A DNA stretch of 64,000 nt from Squalus acanthias. Its lineage: Eukaryota. A program made the translations under genes and the position numbers. Every line of letters begins with the position of its first letter. Position 1 is the first letter of the stretch. Below the pieces are notes generated by a model. It had not been told where the DNA came from and made no database searches. It was given only the letters and a program-made list of their open reading frames with translations. The stretch is taken from positions 153,576,001 to 153,640,000 of the forward strand of contig CM059431.1 in NCBI GenBank assembly GCA_030390025.1, in the 5' to 3' direction. Shown in pieces: positions 25,566 to 38,323 of this stretch.

Positions 25566-26544
25566 GTTCTGTCCTTTCTGGAACTGAGTAATTAGAGGAA
25601 TGAACTGGATAGCTTGATCACTATAAGAAACATCGGAACCATGCAGGGGGAGAATCTAATTAATCATCGGCAGAACCCCTACCCCTCTCCCAGCTTTGGG
25701 AAGATAGCCAGAAAGGGAAGGAATGGCTTGTATCGGATGCCTCCAGCTGCCTGATCCTGGGTTATCGCTGTGTGTGCTGAAGTGTGGTGTTGCTCGTGAA
25801 TACGAGACCAGCATGCAATGTGCATGATGAAGATGCCCTGAAGAATGGGTCCAAGACATGGTCGGTCACGCTTGAGTCAGCACTACAAGAAGTTCTTAAT
25901 GTGGCTCTGGAGAAAGTAATGTCTGAAGCAAATGGGTAGAGATCTGCACAAGAGAATAGATCGAGATAGATATATGATGCTGATGAGGTTTTTTTAGTTT
26001 TGGCCTTCAGTAATGTAATGCCAATGGTGGGGTATTGTAAGGAAATAGTTAATCAGACTGTCCTAAAGTGTGCTAATGTTGTACTGTATTGGTTTATCTT
26101 TCTATAGCTTTAATTTTAATATGTAGCCTTGGCCTGTTAAGCAGGGAAGTAAAAGTATACTTAAATTAACAGTGAACTGATGTGCCAGGGCCGTTCCGGC
26201 AGAAATGGTCAGTCTCAGGAGGAAGCAATAAGAGATTTATATAACACATGTCATTGTAAACTGATTCATAAATTTCAGAGAACTTTAATCATTTGCTACA
26301 ATTTGGGAAGACAGTTAGTTCCAGAAAGGAAAACATCGGGACATACATCATCATTTTAATTGTTACAAAAATCCAGAAACAAAGGTAGATTAATAATTAA
26401 CGGTTTCACTTGGTAGGATTGAAATGTTATGGATCTAGAGGGAAATGATCGATAAGATAATGACTCTAAGGGAATTGCGCTTGTAAGCCCACTAGACACA
26501 GTGATTGTTCAGAAAGGAAACCCATCCCTCTTGTTTTGGATTAC

Positions 26545-27115
26545 CTTAAGATAAATAGGGTGGAATATGGAGGCCAGCCAGGAGTGCATTGGAATAGTCA
26601 AAACTAGAGGTATCAAAGGCATGGATGAGGGTTTCAGCATCAGATGAGCTGAGGCAGGGGCGGAGACGGGCAATGTTATGGTGGTGGAAATATAAGGTCT
26701 TATGCCGCTGATATGTGGTTGCAAGCTCATGCAGGTCAAATATGACACGAAGGTTGCGAACAGTCTGTTTCAGCCTCAGACAGATGCTCGGGAGAGGGAT
26801 GGAGTCGGTGACTATGGAACGCAGTTTGTGGAGGGGACTGAAGACAATGGCTTCGGACTTCCCAATATTTAAGTGGAGACAATTTCTACTCATCCAGTAC
26901 TGGATGTCGGAAAAACAGTCTGAAAAATTAGAGACGGTGGAGGGGTTGAGAGTTGAGGTGGTGAGGTAGAGCTGGGTGTCGTCAGCATAGATGAGGAAAC
27001 TGACGCCGTGGTTTCGGATGATATCGCCAAGGGGCAGCATATAATTGAGAAATAGGAGGGGACCAAGAATACATACTTGGGGGACCTCAGAGGAAATGAT
27101 GCGGGATTAGGAAGA
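26545..27115 (-). mobile_element. L2 LINE RT fragment
   Basis: [25 protein letters not shown]...[17 protein letters not shown]...AETLIHAF. Confidence 0.9.
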
Positions 27116-28126
27116 GGGAATTTCGCTTCTAAGCCCACCCGACAAAGAGTTCGTTACACAAGGAAAACTACCCTTATTGATCAAGGATAAGTCGATGAAA
27201 GTCTCCATATATGGAGTTATATTTTAACTATCATAACGTTATATAATGCATCATTGTGTGGATCGTCACAGAGAGGGAGTGAGACAAATTTGTAATCAAA
27301 TTGGCTCTTTGTACTGCGTATTCTGAGTCTTAAAAGCTTAAGATACTGAGCTGAGAACTGTAAGAAGTTTTAATCGCCAAGCAACCATCATTAGGTGTGG
27401 CTACAACTTTCAACTGTATGTTTAAGTACTATTGCAAGGACTGCGTGCTCTATAAACCTATGACACCTCAGGTCAATTTTCAAAAACCTTTTTGAAAACT
27501 TTACTCTAACAAAAGCCTTAGTACTTTAATAATCCGTGGTGTTCATATATAATTTGTGACTAAGTAACCCCGTGACGCGTCACTCGTTCACGTTCCACTT
27601 TATGCTGAACTTCTGAAAACAAACAAACTCCACTTGGTTTCAGGCCCCCGGAGCCCCTGCTCTGCAAATCCGGCTCGCATCCAGCTTCTGGGGAAGTGGT
27701 GATGAGTTGCTGGCGGGTCTGAGAAGTAGGTTGATACTCATTTAAGTAGCTTTAGACGAACACTAGTTATGCCAAGAGTCAGGCAGCAGGTTGCGGTTTC
27801 AATTCCGTCAGCCAGCGATGTATCTGCACCCAGCTACAATCGTGAGAAGGCGCCGTCAAACATGGCCGAAAGCACGTCTCAGAAACATGGCCGACGGCAC
27901 GTCAGACAGCCAGCAAACACAGAGGGAGAGAGACTGACGCTGACTGATGTTCAATGACACACAGAGACTGGCGTCACACAGACTGCAGACTGGCGTCACA
28001 CAGACTGCAGACTGACCTCACAGAGACTGCAGACGGACGTCAAACAGACTGTCGTCATACAGATTGCAGACAGTCACACAGACTGCAGAGTCACACAGAC
28101 TGCAGACTGACGTCACATATAATGCA

Positions 28127-28742
28127 CATGATGCGGATGCCCCAGGGCATGGTACACCGGCAAGACCATGCAGACACTGAGGCAACGTATGAATGGACAC
28201 CGCACAACAATCGCCAGGCAGGATTGTTGCCTCCCAGTCGGGGAACACTTCAGCAGTCAAGGACATTCAGCCTCGGATCTGCAGATTAGCGTTCTCCAAG
28301 GCGGCCTTCGAGACACACGACAATTCAAAATCATCGAGCAGAAACTGATAGCCAAGTTCTGCAACCATGAGGACGGCCTCAATAGGGATATCGGGTTTAT
28401 GTCATGCTACAGAACGTGACTCGACATCGTTGTCTGTCTTTCCAGTTTTTATTAAAAAAAAACACCAAAAAAAAACCAAACCCCCAAAAAAACACTGCAG
28501 ACAGCAGGATTTGGCACGTTGGACCCCCTGTGACACATCTCATTGTCTTGGCTGTGCTCTAGGTGTGTCTTTGATGTAAGGACACCTTCCCTGAAAGTTT
28601 GTATCTCTGCAGTCTCTGTGTTTATATACTGTGAAATATTGTAGATTCACTCATTGTAACTTTACCTGAGGAAGGGGCGACAGCTCCGAAAGCTTGTAAT
28701 TTTAAATAAATCTGTTGGACTATAACCTGGTGCTGTGCGACT
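28127..28742 (+). mobile_element. Penelope-like element 3' fragment (GIY-YIG C-terminus + pLTR)
   Basis: WYTGKTMQTLRQRMNGHR...PVGEHF...EQKLIAKF...GLNRD; flanked by 14-bp TSD TCACATATAATGCA (28113-28126, 28743-28756). Confidence 0.88.
28666..28696 (+). ncRNA. Minimal hammerhead-ribozyme-like motif of the Penelope element
   Basis: CTGAGGA-A-GGGGC-GACA-GCTCC-GAAA followed by palindromic AAGCTT. Confidence 0.65.
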
Positions 28743-29280
28743 TCACATATAATGCAGACAGTGTGACACAGAATGCAAACAAAGTCGCACAAACTGCAGA
28801 CAGTCACACAGACTGCAGACTTAAATCACACAGATGCCAGCATTACGTCACACTGACTGCAGAATGACGACAAACAGACTGCAGACAGACGCTTCACAGA
28901 ATGTAGAATGACGTCACACAGGCAGCAGGGAGCGTCACACAGACTGTAGACAGAGTCACACAGATTGCAGACTGATGTCACACAGAACGCAGGCAGAGTC
29001 ACACAGACTGCAGAATTACGTCACACAGACTGCAGACTAACGTCAAACAGAACGCAAACAGAGTCACAAAGACTGCAAAATTCCGCCATACTGACTGCAG
29101 AATTCCGTCACACAGACTGCAGACTGACGTCACACAGATTGCATACTGACGTCAAACAGACTGCAGACTGACGTCGTACAGACGGCAGTCAGACGTCACA
29201 CAGGGTGTAGACTGACGTAACACATACTGCAGATAAACGTCACACAAATTACAGACTGCACGGTGTCACCAGAGGACGGG

Positions 29281-30225
29281 GAATCATAGAATTATAGAAT
29301 GGTTATAGCAGAGAAGGAGTCTATTCGGCCTGTCGAGCCCCTGCCGGCTCTGTGCAACAGCACTTCAGCGAGTCTCTCTCCCCCGCCCTTCCGCCGTAGC
29401 CCTGCAATTTATTATCCTTCAGGCACTTATCCAATTCCCTTTTGCGCGTCCGGATTGAAACTGCTTCCACCACCCTCTCACGCAGTGCATTCCAGATCCA
29501 AATCTCTTGCTGCGTAAAAAAATGTTCTTCCTCATGACGCCTTTTGCTTTTTTGGCAATCAACTTAAATCTGTGTCCTGTGGTTCTCGACCCTTCCGCCA
29601 TTGGAAACAGTTTTTCTCTGCCTACTCCGTCTAGACACCCATACTCTGTCGAGCACCTCTAGCAAATCTCCTGTCAACCTTCTCTGCTCCAAGGAGAACA
29701 AAAACAGCGTCTTTAATCTATCCACATAACTGAAGTCCCTCATCTCTGGAACCATTTCTGTAAAACTTTTCAGCACCCTCTCTAAGGCCTTCACATCCTT
29801 CCTACAGTGTCGTGCGCAGAATTGGACACAATACTCCAGTTGAGGCTGAACCAGTGTTTTATAAAGGTTCATCACAACTTCCTTGCTTTTGCACTCTATG
29901 CCTCTGTTTATGAAGCCTAGGAGCCCGTATGCTTTTTTAACCACTTTCTCAAAATGCCCTGCCACCCTCATCGATTTGTGTACATATACTCACGGGTCTT
30001 CTGTATTCATGCACCCCATTTAGCATTGTGCCCTTTAGTTTATAATGGCCTCACCTCGTTCATCCTCTCAAAATGTCTCACTTCACAATTTTCGACGTTA
30101 CATTTCATCTGCCACGTGTCCTCCATTCCACCGGCCTGTCCATCTCCTCTTGAAGTCTATCACTATCTTTCTCACTGTTGACTATACTTCCTAGTTTTGT
30201 GTCACCTGCAAATTTTGAAATGGTG
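29281..30225 (-). mobile_element. CR1 3' fragment
   Basis: KAYGLLGFINRGIE...LEYCVQF; ATTCTATGATTC-type tail at ~29281-29300 on the minus strand. Confidence 0.88.
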
Positions 30226-30364
30226 CTCTGGGGCAATCTGGGGATTGTTAAGGGAACGGGGGAGATGGGGAGAAGAGCAAAAGAAAAATCACAGTAGATG
30301 GGGGAAAGTCATCGGAAAGAGGTTTAAAAAATCCAGACAGGAAACAGAAAAAAGCAGGTTAGAG

Positions 30365-30497
30365 CTTGATGACCTACATTGGCTCCCAGTTAAGCAACAC
30401 CTCCATTTTAAAATTCTCAAACTTATTTTCAAATCCCTCCGTAGCCTCGCCCCTCCTTATCTCTGTAATCTTCTCCAGCTCTATTATCCCCTTAGGT
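30365..30497 (+). mobile_element. L2 LINE small fragment
   Basis: LHWLPVKQHLHFKILKLIFKSLRSLAPPYLCNLL. Confidence 0.75.
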
Positions 30498-31590
30498 CTC
30501 TTATGCGGGATCTTATCGGAAGCCTTTGAAAATCCAAATACACCGCATTCACTGGCTCTCCCTTATCTATTTTACCAGTTACATCCTCAAAAAATTCCAG
30601 TAGCTTAGTCAAGCATGATTTACCTTTTGTAAATCCATATTGACTTTGTCCGATCCTGTCACTGTTTTCCAAGTGCTCTGCTATTACATATTTTATAATG
30701 GACTCTAGCATTTTCCTCACTACTGATATCAGGCTGTAATTCCCCGTTTTTTCTTCACCACCTTTTTTGAATAGTGGGGTAACATTAGCTACACTCCAAT
30801 CCATGGGTATTGCTTCAGATGCCATCGAATGTTGGAAGATGATCAGCAATGCATCTACTATTTCGAGGGCCACTTCCTTAAGTACCATAGGATGTAGATT
30901 ATCAGGCCCTGGGGATTTATCAGCCTTCAATCCCGTCAATTGCTCTAACACTATTTCCTTACAAATACCGATTTCTTTCAGTTCCACCCTTTCATCATAC
31001 CCTATGTACTCCCACATCTCTGGGAGTTTATTTGCGTCCTCCTTTGTGAAGACAGAACCAAAATATGTATTTAATTGTTCTGTCATTTCTTTGTTCCTCA
31101 TTATAAGTTCCCCTGATTCTGACTGCAAGGGACCGACGCTTGACTCCACGAATCTTTTTCTCTTCAAATATCTATAAATGCTTTTACAGTCAATTTTTAT
31201 GTTCTTCGCCAGCTTCCTCTAATTCCATTTTCCCCTTCTTATTTAATCCCTTTGTCCTCCTTTGTTGCATCCTAAACTGCTCCCAGTCCTCAGGTTTACT
31301 GCTTTTTTCTGGCCAATTTATATGTCCTACCCTTGGATCTTATGCTATCCCTAATTTCCCTTGTTAGCCACGTTTGAGTCAACTTTCTTGTTTTATTCTT
31401 ATGCCAAACTGGGATGAACAAATTCTGTAGTTCATCCATGCGGTCATTGAAAATGCGACATTGCCTATCCACCGTCAACCCTTTGAGTGACATTCCTCAA
31501 TCAATCCTACCCACTCGCGCCTCATAACATCGAGGTTTCCTTGCTTTAAATTCAGGACCCTAGTCTCTGAAAAACTACTTCACTCCACCT
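30497..31590 (-). mobile_element. CR1 ORF2 fragment (tandem duplication unit A)
   Basis: KSPGPDNLHP...GKSCLTKLLEFF; paralogous to 36065-37175. Confidence 0.9.
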
Positions 31591-32980
31591 TAATAATAAA
31601 AAGACTCTCTCTTTAAATGGGGTTCCTGGTGGAGAGACTCTCTCAATAAAGGGGTCCCTGAAGGGGATACACCATCTTTACAAGGGATCCCTGATGCTGA
31701 GTGTACTTCTTTAAAAGGGGTCCCTGATGGTGAGACACCCTCTTTAAAAGGGGACCCTGATAGTGAGACTCTCATTTAAAGTGGTCCCTGATGGCGAGAT
31801 TCTCTCTTTAAAAGGGGTCCCTGATGGTGAGACTCCCACTTTAAAAGGGGTTCCTAATGGTGTGACTCCCCTCTTTAAAATAGTTCCCTGATGTTGAGAC
31901 AATCTCTAAAAACGCGTAGCCCTGATGGCGAGACTCCCTCTTTAAATAGAGAGATACACACTTTAAAAGGGATCCTTGATGGTGCGTCTCATTCTTTAAA
32001 CGTGATTCCTAATGGTAAGACTCTGTCTTTAAAGGGATTCCTGATAGTGAGACTCCCTCTTTAAAAGGGGTCCCTGATGTTGAGACACACTCTTTAAAAG
32101 TGATCGCTGATGGTGAGATTCACTCTTTAAAAGGGATTCCTGATCGTGAGACTCACTCTTCAAAAGGGTTCCCTGATAGAATGACTGCCTCTGTAAAAAG
32201 TCTCTGACGGCGAGATGCTCTCTTTCAGAGTGATCCCTGATGATGAGACTCTCTCGATAAAAGGGGTCTCTGATTTTGAGACTTCCTCTTTAAAAGAGAT
32301 CCCAAATGGGGAGAATCTCTTCTTAAAAGGTGTCCCTGATTGTGAGACTACCTCTTTAAAAGGGGTCCCTGATGGTGAGACTCCCTCTTTAAAAGGGATC
32401 CCTGATCTGAAGACTCTCTTTTTAAAAGGGGTCCGTGATGATGCGACTCTCTCAATAAAATTGTCCCTGAAGGGGATACACTCTCTTTAAAAGGGATCCC
32501 TGATGGTGAGATTCCCTCTTTAAAAGGGATCCCTGATGGTGAGACACCCTCTTTAAACGGCGTTCCTGATGGTGAGACACCCTCTTTAAAAGAGGTCCCT
32601 GATGGAGAGACTCCCTCTTTAAAAGGGGTCACTGATGGCGAGATTCTCTCTTTAAAGGATGTCACTGATGATGAGGCACACTCTTTAAAATGGGTCCCTG
32701 CTGCAGAGACTCTCTCATTAAAAGGGGTCACTGATGGAGAGAATCCCTCTTTAAAAGTGTCCCTGATTCTGAAACATCCTCTGTAAAAGGGGTTCCTGAT
32801 AGAAAGACACCCTCTTTCAAAGTGGTCCCTGATAGAAAGTCTCTCTCTTTAAAAGGGGTCCCTGATAGAAAGACCCTCCCTTAAAAAAGGGTTCCCTGAT
32901 AGGGAAACTGCCTCTTTAAAATGGGGTCCCTAATGATGAGGCTCCCTCTTTAAAACGGGTCCCTGATGCCGAGACTCCCT

Positions 32981-34146
32981 TGTAGGCTTCGCAAAAGCCC
33001 CCAGAAACTCGAACAGTGCCCTAAAGGGAGTGATTTTGGACGTTTCATACAAACTTGTGATGATGGGGCCTAAGTGAAGTGATGTGATGTAAAAACCTAA
33101 AGATCAGGGAAGAAAAACCTGAGGAAACCGATTTTTTTGAATCTTACTGTTAGAGAGACACCTTTCACAGACACAAGCTGCGAGGGGCGTGGCCGGCCAG
33201 CGAACAAATCAAGCTGTCTGGGAATTGTTTACACTACAAATCCTACCCAGGTGCAAGAGACAAAGCAAAAACTCAAAAACACATTCAAATATGGATCCCC
33301 AGGGGCAAACAAGATGCTGGAAATCTAAAAACGATTCAATGACAATATAACTTCGATCACACAGTTTCACAGCCATTATCCCATCAAAAAAAACAATCAA
33401 CCAGGTATCCACAGAACAGAATTAAAAGCCCGCCAACAGACCTAGGACAATAGGGTGGAAATTTGGCGCGTAGATAAGGCTGTGTTTAAATAGGAAAACG
33501 ATCAAGTGTTGTTTAACACTGAGCAAAAGCCATCGGAACTGGCAAGCCCGCCAAAAACTTGACAATTGGACTAAGCAAGGTTCATTTACAATCAAAAGGA
33601 ATTCGTTTTAGTAAGGGTTTTTTGGGCGCGAAAAAGAAACAGTATAATTTGAAAGCCTGTGCCATAATCTCTCTCTCTTTCGGACTGGCTGACGACGCGG
33701 ACACAGCTCTCTCCCTGCTCCAGCAAAACCTACCATAAGCCACGAGGAAGAAGGCCAGCACGCAAGAAGAAACCAGAGCGACTGCCTCAGTGACCATCAG
33801 ACACCTCGCAGCAACAAGGGCCTTCGGAGTCCTTTTAAACAAAAGACTCTAATATCCTGTCAAGGATTCGTTGGTGAGCATTATCCCTGATCTCCTGAAA
33901 CCAAAAACCTAGCCAGATAGTGGGATCTTTGGAAGGGATAAGGTTTTGTTTGATGTATTGTCATTTCCCTCGCTTGTACCATGTGTTCCCCGTATGTGTG
34001 TTTAAGTAATAAGTGTGTTTCAAGTTTGTTACCTTTTTTTTTAATAAAGTAAAATTCTTTCATCAGAACCTGTTTACTGCAATTTTGTTCACAACCCAAA
34101 GTCTAGGAACCGGAGGGGTGTGGGAGTGATTAAGATACCCCTTACG
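32981..34146 (+). mobile_element. Solo LTR copy 1
   Basis: Starts TGTAGG, ends CCCTTACG, 4-bp TSD CCCT inside a satellite unit, AATAAA; homologous to the proviral LTR at 53408. Confidence 0.88.
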
Positions 34147-35136
34147 CCCTCTTAAAAGGGGCCCATGAAGGTGAAACTCCCTTTTTAAAAGGGACCCGTT
34201 ATGGTGAGTCTCCCTCTTTAAAAGGGGCCCTTGATGGTGAGACACCCTCTTTAAAAGGGTCCCTGATGGGGAGACACCCTCTTTGAAATGTTTTCTTGAT
34301 GGAGACTATCCCTCTTTAAAGGGGTCCCTGATGGAGACACTCCCTCGTTAAAAGAGTTTCCTGATGGAGGGACTCTCTTTAAAAGTTGTCCTTAAAAGGA
34401 AGATTCTCTTTAAAAGGGATCCTTGATAGAATGACTCCCTCTTTAAAAGTGTCGCTGATTGCGAGACTCCCTCTTTAAAAGGGATTCCTAATGGAGAGAC
34501 ATCTCTTTAAAAGTGGTCCCCGATGCTGAAACACACTCTTTAAAAGGGGATCCTGATGTTGAGACTCTCTCGTTAAAATTGATCCCTGATATATAGATGC
34601 CCTCTTTAAAAGGGGTCCCTGATCCATAAACTCTCTCTTTAAAACGCGTCCCTGATGTAGAGACACCCCCATTAAAAGGTGTCCCTGATGCTGAGAATCT
34701 CTCTTTAAAAGGTGTTTCCTTAATGATGAGATTCCATCTTTAAAAGGGGTCCCTGATGGTGAGTGTCTCTCTTTAAAAGGTGTCCCTGATGGTGTGATAC
34801 CCTTTTTAAAAGCGGGCCCTGTTGGTGAGATTCCCTCTTTAAAATTGTCCCTGATGGGGAGACACCCTATTTAAAAGGTGTCCCTGACGGTGCGACTCTC
34901 ACTTTAAAAGGTGTGCCTAATAGGAAGATTCTCTTTAAAGGGGCTCCTGATGGAAAGACTCTCTCTAAAATGGATCTCCGATTGAGACTCTCTCTTTACA
35001 AGAGATCCCTGATTGTGAGACTCACTCTTTAAAAGGGGTCCCTGGATTTGAGACTCTCTGCTTAAAAGGAATCACTTTTAAAAGGGGTTACTGATGGTAA
35101 GACTCACTTTAAAAGGGCTCCCTGATAGAAAGACTC

Positions 35137-35430
35137 CTTGATAACTGCTGTGCACTTACTGCACGCTTCTCTAATTTCCCTTTTAATGCCATCCCCAAAG
35201 TCTATATTACTGTTTGGGGGTCTATACACCACTCCCACTAGCGTTTTCTGCCGCTTGGCATTTCTCAGTTCTACCCACACAGATTCCACATCATCAGAGC
35301 TAATATCCTTCCTTTCAATTGTGTAAATCCCCTCTTTAACCAGAAATGCTACCCCACCTCTTTTAACTTTTGCCTATCTTTCCTGAATATTGAATACCCC
35401 TGTATGTTGAATTCCCAGCCTTGGTCTCCC
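35137..35430 (-). mobile_element. CR1 APE fragment (unit A)
   Basis: ESVWVELRNAKRQKTLVGVVYRPP; paralog at 40725-41015. Confidence 0.85.
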
Positions 35431-35643
35431 TGATGGTGAGACTCTCTCTTCCGTAGGAGTCCCTTATGCTGAAACATCCGCTTTAAAAGGAGTCCCATGT
35501 TGAGACTCTTTCTTAAAAGGATTCCCTGCTAGAAAGACTCTCTATTTAAAAGTGGTACCTGATGGTGAGACTCCCTCTTTAAAAGGGCTCCCTGATAGAA
35601 AGTCTCCCTCTTTACAAGCGTTCCCTGATGCTGAAAAACCCTC

Positions 35644-37175
35644 TTGCACTTCCCCTTCTCCCAATCTATTGCCATTCAGATAATAATCTGCCGTCCTTTT
35701 TTTGACACCAAAGTGGATAACCTCGCATTTATCCACGTTATATTGCATCTGCCATGCATCTGCCTAATCACCCAACCTGTCCAAATCATCCTGGAGTTTC
35801 TCGGCATCCTCGTCACAGCACACATGCCCACCCAGCTTTGTGTCGTCTGCAATCTTGGAGATATTATATCTAGTTCCCTTTTCTAGATCATTTATATATA
35901 TATTGTGAATAGCTGGGGTACAAGGACCGATCCCTGTGGTACCCCACTAGTCACTGCCTGCCACTCGGAAAAAGATCCGTTTATTCCAACTCTTTGCTTT
36001 CTGTCTGCCAACCAGTTCTCTATCCAAGTCAATACCTTACCCCCAATCCCATGTGCCTTAACATTTCACGGTAATCTCTTATGCGGGACCTTTGAAAATC
36101 CAAATACACCACATTCACTGGCTCTCCCTTATCTATTTTACCAGTTACATCCTCAAAAAATTCCAGTAGATTAGTCAAGCCTGATTTACCTTTTGTAATT
36201 CCATGTTGAATTTGTCCGATCCTGTCACTGTTTTCCAAGTGCTCTGCTATTACATATTTTATAATGAACTCTAGCATTTTCCCCACTACCGATATCAGGC
36301 TTACCGGTCTGTAATTCCCCGTTTTTTCTCTACCACCTTTTTTGAATAGTGGGGTAACATTTGCTACACTCCAATCCATGGGTATTGCTTCAGATGCCAT
36401 CGAATGTTGGAAGATGATCAGCAATGCATCTACTATTTCGAGGGACACTTCCTTAAGTACCCTAGGATGTAGATTATCAGGCCCTGGGGATTTATCAGCC
36501 TTCAATCCCGTCAATTTCTCTAACACCATTTCCTTACAAATACCGATTTCAATCAGTTCCTCCCTTTCATCATACCCTATGTACTCCCACATATCTGGGA
36601 GTTTATTTGTGTCCTCCTTTGTGAAGACAGAACCAAAATATGTATTTAATTGTTCTGTCATTTTTTTGTTCCCCATTATAAGTTCCCCTGATTCTGACTG
36701 CAAGGGACCGACGCTTGACTTCACGAATCTTTTTATCTTCAAATATCTATAAATGCTTTTACAGTCAATTTTTTTGTTATTCGGCTGCTTCCTCTCATAT
36801 TCCATTTCCCCTTCTTAATTAATCCCTTTGTCCTCCTTTGTTGAATCCTAAACTGCTCCCAATCCTCAGGTTTACTGCTTTTTCTGGCCAATTTATATGT
36901 CCTACCCTTGGATCTTATGCTATCCCTAATTTCCCTTGTTAGCCACGTTTGAGTTAACTTTCTTGGTTTATTCTTATGCCAAAATGGGATGAAAAATTCT
37001 GTAGTTCATCCATGCGGTCATTGAAAATGTGTCATTGCCTATCCACCGTCAACCCTTTGAGTGACATTCCTCAATCAATCCTACCCCACTCGCCCCTCAT
37101 ACCATCGAGGTTCCCTTTCTTTAAATTCAGGACCCTAGTCTCTGAGTCAACTACTTCACTCTCCATCTTAATAAA
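35644..37175 (-). mobile_element. CR1 ORF2 fragment (unit B)
   Basis: [29 protein letters not shown]. Confidence 0.9.
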
Positions 37176-38323
37176 AAAATACTCTCTCTTTAAATGGGGT
37201 CCCTGGCGGAGAGACTCTCTCAAAAAAGGGGTCCCTGAAGGGGATACACCATCTTTACAAGGCATCCCTGATGCTGAGTGTCCCTCTTTAAAAGGGGTCC
37301 CTGATAGTGAGACTCTCATTTAAAGGGGTCCCTGATGGCGAGATTCACTAATAAAAGGGGTCCCTGATGGTGAGACACCCACTTTAAAAGGGGTCCCTGA
37401 TGGTGTGACTCCCCTCTTTAAAATGGGTCCCTGATGTTGAGACAATCTCTAAAAACGCGTATCCCTGATGGTGAGACTCCCTCTTTAAATAGAGAGATAC
37501 ACACTTTAAAAGGGATCCTTGATGGTGCGTCTCATTCTTTAAACGTGATTCCTGATGTTAAGACTCTGTCTTAAAAGGGATCCTTGATAGTGAGACTCCC
37601 TCTTTAAAAGGTATCCCTGATGTTGAGACACACTCTTTAAAAGTGATCCCTGATGGTGAGACTCCCTCTTTAAAAGGGATCCCTGATATAAAGACTCTCT
37701 CTTTAAAAGGGGTCCGTGATGATGCGACTCTCTCAATAAAATGTTCCCTGAAGGGATACACTCTCTTTAAAAGGGATCCCTGATGGTGAGACACCCTCTT
37801 TAAAAGGCGTTCCTGATGGTGAGACACCCTCTTTAAAAGAGGTCCCTGATGGAGAGACTCGCTCTTTAAAGGGGAACCTGATGGGGAGACTCCCTCTTTA
37901 AAAGGGGTCACTGATGGCGAGATTCTCTCTTTAAAGGATGTCACTGATGATGAGGCACACTCTTTAAAATGGGTCCCTGGTACAGAGACTCTCTCATTAA
38001 AAGGGGTCACTGATGGAGAGAATCCCTCTTTCAAAGTGTCCCTGATTCTGAAACATCCTCTGTAAAAGGGGTCCCTGATAGAAAGACACCCACTTTCAAA
38101 GTGGTCCCTGATAGAAAGTCTCTCTCTTTTAAAGGGTTCCCTGAAAGAAAGACTCTCTTTAAAATATGTCCCCGAGGGTTAGATTCCCTCTTTAAAAGGG
38201 GTCCCTGATAGAAAGACTCTCCCTTAAAAAAGGGTTCCCTGATAGGGAAACTGCCTGTTTAAAATGGGGTCCCTAATGATGAGGCTCCCTCTTTAAAACT
38301 TGTCCCTGATGCTGAGACTCCCT

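Larger units (their letters stand above)
21010..29270. repeat. Left arm of inverted segmental duplication
   Basis: Collinear reverse-complement match to 54546-64000 (21010 pairs with ~64000, 25570 with ~58810, 27855 with ~55215). Confidence 0.9.
27940..29270 (+). repeat. ~22-bp minisatellite (GACTGCAGACTGACGTCACACA)
   Basis: Tandem CAGACTGCAGACTGACGTCACA units, interrupted by a Penelope fragment. Confidence 0.88.
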
